This document shows positions 17,399-31,200 of a stretch of DNA of 64,000 nt, piece after piece. The notes below the pieces were generated by a model. The model was not told the origin of the DNA. It did not search any database and worked only from the letters and a program-made list of their open reading frames with translations. How positions within the stretch are numbered: position 1 is the first letter of the stretch; each line of letters opens with the position of its first letter. Origin of the DNA: the human T2T-CHM13v2.0 reference genome, Homo sapiens; the NCBI RefSeq assembly GCF_009914755.1, contig NC_060935.1; one strand, 5' to 3'. The translations under genes were made by a program, and so were the position numbers.

Positions 17399-18019
17399 GT
17401 AAATAATCAAATTTCTGATTGTTATTCATTAATTTATTCGTTACATGTAATGACTGTTTATCAGTCAAGCAGTGTGCCAGAGACTGAACACTAAAAATGC
17501 ACAATCTCTATTCTCAAGGAACTCATTTTACCTGGTTGAAAATAATATACCAATATGAAAAAACTTAGATTCTTATCAGTGATATTCTTTAATAATAAGA
17601 GTCTATTTTGTTAAAAGGCTACATTTTACATTCTTCTAGGATATGGAGAAAAATGATAAGATGCCCAAGGGGCATTTTGGGAAAACAGAAAATGGTTGGT
17701 GACTATTCAACTGCCCATATGGTATTTATTTTGCCAGTGGGGCAAATAAAAAATGAGAGAGCATAACTGCTGAGGAAATAGTGGGATATATACAATTTGT
17801 GTAGGGAAAGAAGCATAAAATCTTTGTGTTGTATTCAAGAAGTATTTGGTAAAATTGAACAGAGATTTTGAAATTGAATTTTATTGTGACTGATAGTATG
17901 ATGAGTGATGTGCCATTGTCTTTAAAGGGGATATCATGAAGAAGATATTATGGTGGTTGATGTGCCATGTTTCCTACAAAATCCTGAGTAAAGTTTATTA
18001 TAATATCACATTTGGAGTT

Positions 18020-19430
18020 TGATCACTCAACCAGTACTTATTGAGTACTATGATGTGTCAGGCACTGTTTTAGGTGCCTGAGATACATTAGCAAACAAAA
18101 CAAAGATCCCACTTCTTATGGAGCTTTTATTCTAGCATGGTGTAGTATATTAGAAGATGATAAGGCCATAGAAGCAGAAAGAAAAAGAGTAGGCTAAGGG
18201 GGACTGGAATTTTTGGGAAAGTGGCAAAGGGATGTAGGTTATCATCTAAAATTGGATGGTTGAGGTAGGGCTCCTTGAAAAAGTGACTCTATTACTGATC
18301 TATTGTTATATAATAAACCACCAAAAACCCAGTGGCATACAATTACAAGCATTTATTTTTTACTCATGCAGACTTGGCAGAGATTCAACTGCTCTTGGCC
18401 TGGTTTCAAGCTATAGGACAGGTCCAGATCCACTCCATATGTATCTTATTGCCTTTAGACTAGTGACTACTAGAGGCATATTCTTCTCACAATGAAAAGC
18501 AAGAACACAAGAGGACAATCCTAATCACACAAGACCATTTCAAGCTTTGGCTTGGGTCATGTTTGTTAAAATCCCAGCTAAAACAAATAAAATGATCAAG
18601 TCCTAAATTAAAGAGCAGGGAAGCATAATCTAAGCACCATGAGATCACAGCAAGAGTATGAAAATATATTATTATTACCTAAAAGTAAAAAATTGTGACC
18701 AACAGTTCAAACTACCATAGTGACATTTGAGCAAAGACTTGAAAAAGTGATGGTTTTGACCACAAGGATATGCTGGGAAAGAACATCTCAGGAGAACAGT
18801 TAGAATGAATTCTTCAATGAAGGTTCCTAGAAAAATGTAGTCAGTATTTCTGGAACAGAGTGAGCAAGCACAATAGTAGTAGAAAACAAGTTAGAAAAAA
18901 TAATGGGGTGCCGGTTAATATAGGGCTATGTAAGCCATTGTAAAGATTTTAGCTTTTACTGTTAGTGAAATTGGAGTTATTATAGTGTTTCATAAACAGA
19001 GTTAAATAATCTGGCTTAGGTTTTAAAGGAATCACTTTGGTTTCTGTGTTGAAAAGAGAATGAAGGGGTCCAAAGAGACTTTTTAGAAAGCTACTTCAAA
19101 AGTCCAGGTGAGACTCAAACAAAGTTGTTGTAGTGAAGGTGGTGAAAGTAATGATGTAGATATATGTTGAGGTAGAGCCAATTTAATATCCTGATGGATT
19201 GGGTATGGAGTGTGAAAGAAGTTAAAGATAATGCCAGGGTTTTTGTTCAAGCTAATAGAAGGAATGACTTGACATCAACTGATACAGGGAAGACTGTGTA
19301 CAGAACTGGTTTTCAGAGGAAGACAATGAGTTTGCTTTGAAAATGTTGAGTTTGAAGTATTTATTTAATATTCAACTGGAGATGTCAAGTAGCCTGTTGG
19401 ACATGGAATGTAGAGTTCAGAAGACAGAAT
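18020..19430 (-). mobile_element. L2 containing an MLT1 LTR (about 18290-18718); resumes after 23460
   Basis: L2 3'-end motif ttattgagtact...caggcactgttttagg. Confidence 0.7.
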
Positions 19431-19439
19431 TAGAATAAA

Positions 19440-22400
19440 AGATACAGACTTGCAGAAAGGACAAGACTTCACCAACCAAGTATCTGCTGCCTTCAAGAGA
19501 CTCACCTAACACATAAGGAATCACATAAACTTAAAGGAAAGGGGTAGAAAAAGATGTTCCATGCAAATGGACACCAAAAGCTAGCAGGAGTAATATTCCT
19601 CTATGAGACAAAACAAACTTCAAAGGAACAGCAGTTAAAAAAGACAAAGATAGACCTTATATAATAATAAAAGGCCTTGTCCAACAAGAAAATATCACAG
19701 TCCTAAATATATACGCACCTAATGCTGGAGCTCCCAAATTTATAAAACAATTACTACTAGACCTAAGAAATGAGATAGCAACACAATAATAGGGGGGACT
19801 TCAATACTCCACTGGCAGCACTAGACAGGTCATCAAGACAGAAAATCGACAAAGAAACTATTGATTTAAACTATACCCTGGAACAAATTGACTTAACAGA
19901 TATTTACAAAACCATTGTACCCAACAACTGCAGAATATGCATTCTATTCATCAGCACATGGAACTTTCTCCAAGATAGACCAAATGATAGGCCACAAAAC
20001 AGGTCTCAATAAATTTAGGAAAACTGAAATAATATCAAGTATTCTCTCAGACCACGTGGAATAAAATTGGAAATCAACTCCAAAAGGGACCTTCAAAACC
20101 ATGCAAATACATGGAAATTAAATAACCTGCTCCTGAATGATCATTGGGTCAACAATGAAATCACAATGGAAATTACAAAATTCTTTGAACTGAATAATAG
20201 TGACACAAACTATCAAAACCTCTGGGATACAGCAAAGGCAGTACTAAGAAAAAAGTTCATACCCTTACATGCCTACATCAAAAAGTCTGAAAGAGCACAA
20301 ATAGACAATCTAAGGTCACACCTCAAGGAACTAGAGAAACAAGAACAAACCAAACACAAACCCAGCAGAAGAAAAGAAATAGCCAAGATTAGAGCAGAAC
20401 AAAATGAAATTGGGGGAAAAAAGCAATGCAAAAGATAAATGAAACAAAGAGCTGGCTCTTTGAAAAGGTAAATAAAATTGATAGACCATTAGCAAGAGTA
20501 ACCAAGAAAAGAGAGATGATCCAAATAAGCTCAATTAGAAATGAAATGGGAGATATTACAACTGAAACCACAGAAATACAAAAGTTAACTCAAGGCTACT
20601 ATGAACACCTTGTGCACATAAATTAGAAAACCTAGAGGAGATGGAAAAATTTCTGGAAATTTACTACCCTCTTAGATTAAACCAGGAAGATATAGAAGCT
20701 CTGAACATACCAAAAACAAGCAGCAAGATTAAAATGGTAATTAAAAATTACTAACAAAAAAAAAGCCCAGGACCAGTTGGATTCACAGCAGAATTCTATC
20801 AGACCTTCAAAGAAGAATTGGTACCAATCCTACTGACACAACTCCAAAAGACAGAGAAAGAGGGAATCCTCCCTAAATCATTCTATGAGGCCAGTATCAC
20901 CCCAATACCAAAACCAGGAAAAGGACATAACAAAAAAAGAAAACTACAGACAAATATCCCTGATGAACATAAATGCAAAAATCCTTAACAAAATACTAGC
21001 TAACCAAATCCAACAGCATATCAAAAAAGTAATCCACCATGATCAAGTGGGTTTCACACCAGGAAGGCAGGGGTGTTTTAACATACTCAAGTCAATAAAT
21101 GTGATACGCCACATAAACAGAATTAAAAACAAAAATCACATGATCATCTCAATAGATGCAGAAAAAGCATTTGACAAAATCCAGCATCACTTTATTATTA
21201 AAACCCTCAGCAAAATTGGCATACAAGGGACATACCTCAATGTAATAAAAGCCATCTAACAAATCTACAGCCAACATAATACTGAATGGGGAAAAGTTGA
21301 AAGCATTCCCTCTGAGAACTGGAACAAGACAAGGATGCTCACTCTCACCACTTCTATTCAACATAGTGCTGGAAGTCCTAGCCAGAGCAATCAGACAAGA
21401 GAAAGAAATAAAAGGCATCCAAATCAATAAAGAGGAAGTCAAACTCTTGCTGTTTCCTAATGATACAGTTGTATATCCAGAAAACCCTAATGACTCATCC
21501 AAAAAACTCTTAAAACTGGTAAATGAATTCAGCAAAGTTTCAGGATATAAAATTAATGTACACAAATCAGTAGCTCTGCTATACACCAACAGCAACCAAG
21601 CTGAGAAACAAATGAAGAACTCAACCCCTTTTACAATAGCTGCAAAAAAAATAAAATATTTAGGAGTACACCTAACTAAGGAGTTGAAAGACCTCTACAA
21701 TGAAAACTACAAAACACCACTAAAAGAAATCATAGATGACAGAAATAAATAGAAACACATCCCATGCTCATTTGCTGGGTAGAATCAGTATTTTGAAAAT
21801 GGCCATACTGCCAAAAGCAATCTACAAATTCAGCACAATTCCCATCAAAATACTACCATCGTTCCTCACAGAACTGGAAAAAAACAATCCTACAGTTCAT
21901 ATGGAACCAAAAAAAAAAAAAAAAGCCTACATAGCTAAAGCAAGATTAAGCAAAAACAACAGATCTGGAAGCATCATATTACCCAACTTCAAACTATACT
22001 ATAAAGCCCAAACAGCATGGCACTGGTATAAAAATAGGCACATAGACCAGTGGAACAGAATAGAGAACCCAGAAATAAAGCCAAATACTTACAGTTGGTG
22101 TATCTTTGACAAAGCAAACAAAAACATAAAGTGGGGAAAGGACACCCTATTTAACAAATGGTGCTGAGAGAATTGGCAAGCCACATATAGGAGAATGAAA
22201 CTGGACCCTCATCTCTCACCTTATTCAAAAATCAACTCAACATGGATCAAGGACTTAAATCTAAAAAAAAATATATAGAAGATAACATCGGAAGAACCCT
22301 TCTAGACATTGGCTTGGGCAAAGACTTCATGACCAAGAACCCAAAAGCAAATGCAACAAAAACAAAGATAAATAGGTGGGATTTAATTAAACTAAAGAGC

Positions 22401-23450
22401 TTCTGCACAGCAACAGGAACAGTCAGCAGAGTAAACATCAGAGTAAACAGACAACCCACAGAGTGGGAGAAAATCTTCACAATCTACACATCTGACACAG
22501 GACTAATATCCAGAATCTACAAGAAACTCAAACAAATTAGCAAGAAAAAATCAAACAGTCCCATCAAAAAGTGGGCTAAGGACATGAATACACAATTCTC
22601 AAAAGAAGATATACAAATGGCCAATAAACATATGAAAAAATGCTCAACATCACTAATGATCAGGGAAATGCAAATCAAAACCACAATGTGATACCACCTT
22701 ACTCCTGCAAGAATGGCCATAATAAAAAAATTAAAAAAAATAGATGTTGGCATGGATGCAGTGAAAAGGGAACACTTCTATGCTGGTGGGGGAATGTAAA
22801 CTAATACAACCATTATGGAAAACAGTGTGGAGAGTTCTTAAAGAACTAAAAGTAGAACTACGATTTGATCCAGTAATCCCACTGCTGGGTATCTACTCAG
22901 AGGAAAAAAAAAGGTCATACAAAAAAGATACTTGCACCCACATGTTTATAGCAGCACAATTTGCAATTGAAAAAATATGGAACCAGCCCAAATGTCCATC
23001 AATCTACAAGTAGATAAAGAAGCTGTGGTATACATTTACAATGGAATACTACTCAGCCATAAAAAGCAACAAATTAATGGCATTCACAACAACCTGGATG
23101 GAATTGGAGACTACTATTTTAAGTGAAGTAACTCAGGAATGAAAAACCAAACATTGTATGTTCTCACCCATAAGTGGGAGCTAAGCTATGAGGCTGCAAG
23201 GGCATAAGAATGATACAGTGGACTTTGGGGACTCAGGGGAAAGGGTGGGAGAGGGTGAGGGATAAAAGACTACAAATTGGGTTCAGTGTATACTGCTCAG
23301 GTGATGGGTGCACCAAAATCTCACAAGTCACCGCTAAAGAATTTACTCATGTAACCAAATACCACCTGTTCCCAAAAACCTATATAAATTTTTTAAAAAT
23401 AATAAATGTAATGACAAAAAAGCTTAAAAAAGTAAGAAATCTTTAAAAAA
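19440..23450 (+). mobile_element. L1PB, about 4 kb, nearly whole broken ORF2 plus 3'UTR
   Basis: ORFs 20067-23013 are frameshifted ORF2 pieces; L1PB 3' end; TSD tagaataaa at 19431 and 23451. Confidence 0.92.
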
Positions 23451-23546
23451 TAGAATAAAGAGTCATTGGCATCTAGTAATGAGACTAGATGAGATCACCA
23501 AAGAAATAAATAAACATAGAAAAGAAGAGATAACTAAGGACTAGAG

Positions 23547-23851
23547 CAGCACTGTCCAATACAATAGTCACATGTACCTACTGAACCTGGAAAATGCAAC
23601 TAAACTGCCCTGAGAAGTGCTGTAAAGATAAAATACATATAAGATTTCAAAACTTAGTATACATTTTAAAATGTAAAATATATAATTATTTTATAGTGAT
23701 TCTGTCTCGAAATAATTTTGGATATGTGAACTTATAGAAAATATATTATTAAAATAAGTTGTATATATTTCTTTTTAGTTTTCTTAATATGGCACTTGGA
23801 AACTTACAATTACATATGTTGCTTGCATTATATTTCTATTGGACAGCCCTA
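23547..23851. mobile_element. MER33/MER3-like hAT-Charlie MITE
   Basis: Inverted termini cagcactgtccaata ... tattggacagccct. Confidence 0.8.
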
Positions 23852-24017
23852 GACAATATTCTGACTGAGGACAGTGCTATGATTAGGTTTGTTTTAATAC
23901 TATCACTCTATGAGTAATAAGAGATTAGATTAGAGGAGTTAGAAGAGGCTACTGCAGTGATTCAGACAAGAAAAATGGGGCCTTAATTCAATTTAGAGGT
24001 GCCAAAAATATAGGTTC

Positions 24018-24189
24018 TGTCTTAGTCCATTTTGTGTTGCTGTAATAGAACATCACAGGCTAAGTAATTTATAAAAGAAAACAAATGTACTTCTCACAGT
24101 TCTTCGGGATGGGGACTCTAATATCAAGATGCTGGCATCTTGTGAGGGCCTTCATGCTGCATCGTCTCATGATGGAAAGTCTAAGGGCA
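24018..24189 (-). mobile_element. MST/MLT1A MaLR LTR fragment
   Basis: tgtcttagtccattttgtgttgct terminus; truncated at an Alu. Confidence 0.8.
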
Positions 24190-24442
24190 GGTCGGGCGCG
24201 GTGGCTCACGTCTGTAATCCCAGCACTTTGGGAGGCTGAAGTGGGTAGATCACGAGGTCAGGAGATCGAGACCATCCTGCCTACCACGGTGAAACCTTGC
24301 CTCTACTAAAAATACAAAAAATTAGCCAGGCATTGTGGCGGGCACCTGTAGTCCCAGCTACTCGGGAGGCTGAGCCGAGATCATGCCACTGCACTCCAGC
24401 CTGGGCCACAGAGCAAGACTCCATCTCGGGAAAAAAAAAAAA
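24190..24442 (+). mobile_element. AluSc/Y-like with right-arm deletion
   Basis: gaggctgag|ccgagatc junction at about 24374; no TSD. Confidence 0.93.
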
Positions 24443-26680
24443 TCAATGAAACAGGTAGTTGGTATTTTGCAAAGTTTAACAAAATTGACAAATGTTTAGA
24501 CAGACTAACCAGGAAAAAAAGAGAGAAGATTCAAATAAATAAAATCTCAAATTAAAAAGGAGACATTACAACTGATGTTGCAGAAATTCAAAAGATCATT
24601 AGTGGCTACTATGAGCAACTATATGCCAATAAATTGGAGAATCTAGAAGAAATGAACAAATTCCAAGATACATACAACCTACCGAGATTGAACCATAAAG
24701 AAACCCAAAACCTGAACAGACCAATAACAAGTAATGAGGTCAAAGCCATAGTAAAAAGTCTCTCAGTAAAGAAAAACCTGGGACCGATAGCTTAACTGAT
24801 GAATTCTACCAAACATTTAAAGATTCTACTCAATTCTACTCAAACTGTTTCAAAAAAACAGAGGAGAAGGGAATACTTCCAAAGTCATTCTATAAGGCTA
24901 GTAAAACCCTAATACCAAAACCAGACAAGGACACATCAAAAAAATAAAAAGAAAAAAAAAACTACAGGCCAATCTGATGAATATTGATGCAAAAATCCTC
25001 AACAAAATAATAGCAAACCAAATTCAACAATACATCAGAAAGATCATTCATCATGACCAAGTGGGATTTACCCCTGGGATGCAAGGATGAATAAACATAC
25101 CCAAATAAATCAACATAATACATTATATCAACAAAATGAAAAATAAAAACCATCAGATCACTTCAATTGATGCTGAAAAGTCATATGATAAAACCCAACA
25201 TCTCTTCATGATAAAACTCTCAAAAAACTGAGGATAAAAGGGACATACCTCAATATAATAAAAGTCACTTATGACAGACCCACAGCTAGCATACTGAATG
25301 GGGAAAAATGGAAAGCCTTTCCTCTAAGATCTGGAACACAACAAGGATGCCTACTGCCACCACTGTTATTTAACGTAGTACTGAAGTCCCAGCTAGAGCA
25401 ATCAGACAAGAGAAAGCTATGAAGGCCATCCAAATTGAAAAGAAAAAAGTCAAATTATTCTTGTTTGCACATCATATTGTCTTATATTTGGAAAAACCTA
25501 AAGACTCCACTAGAAAACTATTAAAACTGATAAACTCAGTAAAGTTTGCAGGATGCAACACCAACATACAAAAATCAGTAGCATTTCTATATGCCAACAG
25601 TGAACAATCTGAAAAAGAAATTTAAAAATTAATCTCATTTACAACAGCCACACATAAAATTGAATACCTAGAAATTAACTAGGGAACCAGGAAACAAATC
25701 CACACACCTAGAGTGAACATGTATTCAACAAAGGTGCCAAGAACATATGCTGGGAAAAAGACAGTCTCTTCAATAAATGGTGATGGGAAAACTGGATATC
25801 CATATGCAGAAGAATGAATATCTCTCACCATACACAAAAACCAAATCAAAATGGATTAAAGACAAATCTAAGACCTCAGACTATGAAATGACTACAAGAA
25901 AACATGAGGAAAATCTCCAGGACATTGGTTTGGGCAAAAATTTCTTGAGCAATACCTCACAAGCACAGGCAATCAGAGCAAACACGGACAAATGGGATCA
26001 CATCAAGTTAAAAAGCTGCTGCACAGCAAGGGACACAATCAACAAAGTGAAGACACAACCCACAGAATGGGAGAAAATGTTTGCAAACTACCCATCTGAC
26101 AAGGGATTCATAGCCAGAATATATAAGGAGCTCAAACAACTCTATAAGAAAAAAATCTAATAGTCTGATTTTAAAAAAGGGCAAAAGATTTCAGTAGACA
26201 TTTCTCAAAAGAAGACATACAAATGACAAACAGGCATATGAAAAGGTGCTCAACATCACTGATCATCAGAGAAATACAAATCAAAACTACAATGAAATAT
26301 CATCTCACCCCGGTGAAAATGGCTTATATCCAAAAGATAGGCACTAACAAATGCTGGTGACGATGTAGAGGAAAGGGAACCTTTGTACACTGTTCATGGG
26401 AATGTAAATTATTACACCCACTACGCAGAATAGTTTGGAGGTTCCTCGAAAACTAAAAATTCAGCTACTATATGATCCAGCAATCCCACTGCTACATATA
26501 TACCCAAAGGAAGGGAAATCAGTATGTTGAAGAGATATCTGCACTCTTATATTTATTGCAGCACTGTTTACAATAGCTAAGATTTGGAAGCAACCTAAGT
26601 GTACATAAACAGATGAATAAAGAAAATGTGGTGCATATACACAAAGGAGGACTATTCAACCATACAAAAGAATGAGATCC
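24443..26680 (+). mobile_element. L1MA ORF2/3'UTR fragment with internal deletion at about 25680
   Basis: ORF2-like ORFs at 25419 and 25777. Confidence 0.85.
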
Positions 26681-26681
26681 A

Positions 26682-27305
26682 CAACTGTAGCAGCTCTGCT
26701 CCCACCTCAGGCCTGCAACACAGGAGAGCACAATTCCAGTGCTCACTGCTGAGACACTTTCCACAATTCTAGCTGTGGAGGCTCCTAGCCCACTCCAGGG
26801 CAAGAACTCCCATCTCTGGCCCAAGACTATAATCCTTACGTGGCCATGCTGCAGGGTCACCATAGAATGACTGACTTTGTATGCACCCAGATTAAAAATG
26901 ATGTCCTGCTATTGGTCCTGGGTTTGGGAAAATGTCTGCAGCTTTTCCTAGCACCTTTCCCTCTCAGTGTCTCCAAGCTTCTCCCTAAGTTAGCTCCAGG
27001 GCTTGGGAGAAATAAAATGCTCCCCCTCAGCCTGGGTTGCTTGGATTTCCAGTGGAAAGATGAGTCACAGAGGGACGCTTTCTGCTTCTCTCACACAGTG
27101 GGACTTCACTCACTTTTATCAGCCAGACATCATCACGGGGACTGTTTTCCCATGCTTTCTTCTCCAGGATCTGGGTGTCCTTAACAACACCAGTGAGTTT
27201 CTGTTTTCCTTTTTGAATTAAAGCTCACAGAGTTGATCTTTATGCACTGTTTTTTTATTTCCAAGTTGCTAACGTATGGTAAAAGCCCCTAATCTGCCAT
27301 CTTGG
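26682..27305 (-). mobile_element. L1 (PB/MA-type) 5'UTR
   Basis: Ends gccatcttgg, the revcomp of the L1 5' YY1 motif ccaagatggc. Confidence 0.65.
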
Positions 27306-27364
27306 AAAAAAATCGAAACATTATATGTAACTATTACAACACTACAACAATAACACAATGTAAC

Positions 27365-27490
27365 AGACTATCCTCATTTTACCAATGAAAAAAGCAAAAC
27401 TAAGTTATAGGTTAAGTAATTTTCCTGAGTCACAGAGAAAGCAAAGAGCAAAGAACTCAACCTCAGATCCTTCTTACTTCAAAATTCTAT
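27365..27490 (-). mobile_element. MIR
   Basis: cctcatttta...aggttaagtaattttcctgagtcacag core. Confidence 0.55.
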
Positions 27491-28186
27491 TTAGTATTGA
27501 CATGTGAGTTTCCAGATTTTTCTGGGAAAACAATATCCCTCTCCCATACTACTAACTGACCTGTTCATTTCTTAATGCTGTGGAAAGTTTTATGTGTTCA
27601 TAAATGTTGCATCTGTGAGGAAAATAAATTTCTGATACACCATAACTGCCATCTTTCTAACAAGTGTCACGAAATGATGGAATATCTCAGAAAAAGCTAC
27701 TCATGGAAGACATTGTATAATTCTTCTATTTAAATATGTAAACTGAAGCATCAATATTTTATGAATGATATTTTCTATTAATAAAATATTTAAGCATTAT
27801 ATTAAAAGTATTTTCATATGAAGTCACCAAGATATAACATTTCCCAGTAGTAAATTCATTAATTGGGTGCATTTTCTTCTAATTCACATATTGGCTTAAT
27901 AAATTATGATTGACAAAAACTAAGGAAACACTGAAACTCCTTTTTCCATAAAGTCACTTCAGAATGCCCTTAGATTCTATTTCCAATACATATATTAAAT
28001 TAGTAGCCAGAGATTTCATGGCTTTCTCCCATCTCCACAAATAAAAAAAACCCTTGAATTATATCCTGAATGATTTTCTCAATGGTCCCATATTCTTTAT
28101 GTTAAAATGCTCCGGAATTCTCTTACTTTTTAAGTTTATACATAAACATAATGACTGGGTATTAATAAATGTGATCTTGTTTCCAG

Positions 28187-28243
28187 TTTATCTTCACGGG
28201 AGCATTTACAGTATCGTTAGAAAAGATATGTTCACCATTCTTG
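28187..28243 (+). CDS. MS4A-like 57-nt exon (end of TM2 and inner loop)
   Basis: cttgtttccag acceptor; FIFTGAFTVSLEKICSPFL; TTG|GTAAGT donor. Matches the short FIISG-type exon of MS4A genes. Too short for the ORF track. Confidence 0.88.
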
Positions 28244-31200
28244 GTAAGTCAGAATGCTTATAGCAGCTCTAGAGTTTTATTTGCCAAAAGAAGGAAAGTC
28301 AGTGCGTAGGCAGCATTGTCTGTGTGTCACTAGAAACCTATATATAATTGAAGAATAGATTTTTAAAATGTAAGAAATGTAAGTTTCCATTGCATTTTCA
28401 AACAAAAACAGAATACGTGCCAGTTACTGAAGTCATTGTTATATTTCATTAGTTATAAAAATAACTCAGGATGTATGAAGTTAATCAAGAAACTAAATTT
28501 CTACATCATAAATCATTTAATGTAAATTAAAATTCAATTAAGATGTAAATACAGCTATCTTGAAATGACCCAGTTTCTGTTATTACCTTCTTTTTCTCTT
28601 GCTTCTTTCTTCACATGTCTAGAAACTTTTAATTGTATGGAGGCTACTGTGTATGTGGTGTTTTAAAGAGTCTGGATCATGTTGATTTCCTTTAGTGAAT
28701 ATTGCATTTTGTATTGATAGGAAGTGAGGTGAAAGAACAAGAAATTAGAATAATTATGTATGTAAATGCTAGGAGATTGACTTCTGGAATGGCAGACTGA
28801 GAACTCCATGAAATCGTTCTTTAACAAAAACAGAGAAACCGCTGGCAAAACAACCAAAAGTAATGATTTCAAAGCATTGGAAATTAATCAAAGCCACAGC
28901 TAAAACAGAAAATTATCTAAGAGATACTAGTAAACCTCAGAAAAACGGAGAGATCTATAATGTTTTAATTTGAGGCTAATTTCCATCCCCTCTCCCTTCA
29001 AGCTCCTTGGCAGAGTATGTATGAAAAGCCAGCAGTATAGCAACCAGCTGAGAGGACCAACATCATGTGATGCTCTATTAAAAGTGCCATCATCTGAGCA
29101 CAGTCAATATTTTGTCTGAAATTGCATCTCTGTTCCCAGGATATTTTGGCTATTTTTTGGATAAAGATTTCCGCTCAGTGAAAACAAAGTCCTACCACTA
29201 GATGGCTTAAACACTATCAATCTGCTAGCAATAGCACAGCTTAATAAGACTATGAATTCAGGTAAATAAGGGCTTGGTCAGAAATTTAAAAGACGATCCT
29301 GAATAACTAGATAATCATAAGGAGCTTTGAAAAGCTCTGACATATTCTTGGAGATCTAAAGTCCCTCACAAATATGGAAAGCTATGTGCATGCCCAGGAA
29401 GCAACAAAGAAAGAAGAAAGGCCCACCACTCATTTACCTCTGGCTGACTATGAGGCCCTAGGCAAGGAAGAAGTGAAAGCTGAAGCTGTCTTATAAACTA
29501 ACTGAAGTTTTAAGCATATATTCTCATACACACTCTCCTTGGCAAAGGATTATTGACTGACATTAAATTACACTGAGCCAGGGATGGCTCCTAGGAAGCA
29601 GATAACCCATGGGCTTGACATTGAGGGAATAAAATATTTGCAGAATTAATCCAGGAAACTTAACAAAGACAAAGGAATAAGAAAAACAACAACAACAAAA
29701 GCAAAAATAGCAAACCCTGGGGGTGGGGAAGCAATTAAATACCAAATATGCTACAATGTATTATGTAAAATGTCAATTTTTCTAAAAAACATAAAACATG
29801 CGAAGAAACTGAAACATATTTTACATACACAGGAGAAAAAAAGCAACCAACAGAAAAATATTCCTATGGGGGCCAAAATTTGGTACTTTAACTACTCAAA
29901 GACTTTAAATTAGATCTTTTAAGTATGGTCAGAGAACCAAAAAAAAATTGTTAAAAGAATTAAAAGAAAGCATGAAAGTGATATGTCACCAAATACAGAA
30001 TATCAATAAAGAGATAGAAATTATAGATTTTAAAAAATTAATACATTAATTGGATTTCCCATAGAAATCACTTTAAAACATGACTGAAAGTATACACAAC
30101 AAGAAATAAGGCCATCTCCAGTGATGCCAGGCACAAGTTCAGCTCAAACCATCCTAGACTCCAGACTAGTCCTACGGACCCAGACTCTACACCTGCCCTA
30201 GCACCAGGCCAACCCTAAGCTGCAGGCCAGTCCCTGTAGCCCAAGTCTCCAGAGGACCCAGGGTCTAGGCCTGCTCCAGCAGACCCAAGGTCCAGGCCCA
30301 CCCCAGTGCACCCCATTGCCAAAATGAGCCACATGGAATGAGGCACCATGACCACCCTTGCAGACCCATTCCAATGCCCATGGACTCAGGACCCAGACTC
30401 ATCCTTACAGACTTGGTTTAGACTAGCCCCAGCACCAGCCCAGCCCCATGGACTCAAAATGCAGACCCATATCAGTGGTCCCAGGTGCCAGGCCCATCAC
30501 AACATCTGAGTGACCCCTAAACAGTCAGGCTCAAGGTTCACACCAGTATCAGCTCAGCTCTTGTAGACTCAGGCTTCAGGCTGGCCCCCATGGATACAGG
30601 CCTCTGGCCCATCCCCATATGCCAATCAACAAGTCCACCATGGTAGATCAAGGCTACAGGCACAACTCCACAGAACCAGGATTCAGGCCTACCCACCTGC
30701 TAACCTGGTATCAGGCCATCTTGCCTGAGGACTCCAGCAACAAGCCAGCCATACCAGATGTCCTGCCCAGAATCTTTGAATGAGCTCACTGGTGAAAGTC
30801 TTTTCCAGACAAAGCCAGCATGAAAAAACTGGAATAAGGCTCCTACTTCAAATGGACAGATATCAATATAAGGCAAAAAAAGATGAGAAAACAAGAAGAC
30901 ATACCACCAAAAGAACACAATATGCTCCCAGTAGCTGACCCCAAAGAAATGGAAATATATGAACTTCATCATCAATAATTCAAAATAATTGTTATTGAAA
31001 GGCTCAAAGAACGTCAAGAAAATGCATATAATTTTATAAAATCAGGAAAACAATAAATGACCAAAATGAGAAATTTTACAAGAGTGAATAAAATTATTTT
31101 TAAAAATTAAATTCTGAAGCTGAAAAATAATGAATGAAATTAAAAATACAATAGAGAGCAGCAACAACAGAATTCATCAAGGAGAAGAAAGACTGTGACA

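Noticed and set aside
17399-17494. C-terminal part of ORF 17264..17494
   Set aside because: Intron read-through; MS4A similarity stops at the donor.
20067-23013. Reverse transcriptase-like ORFs
   Set aside because: Frameshifted L1PB ORF2 with a degenerate catalytic motif (FPND); a dead element.
30100-30800. Degenerate C-rich repeats
   Set aside because: Lead directly into L1 ORF1, consistent with an old L1M 5'UTR.
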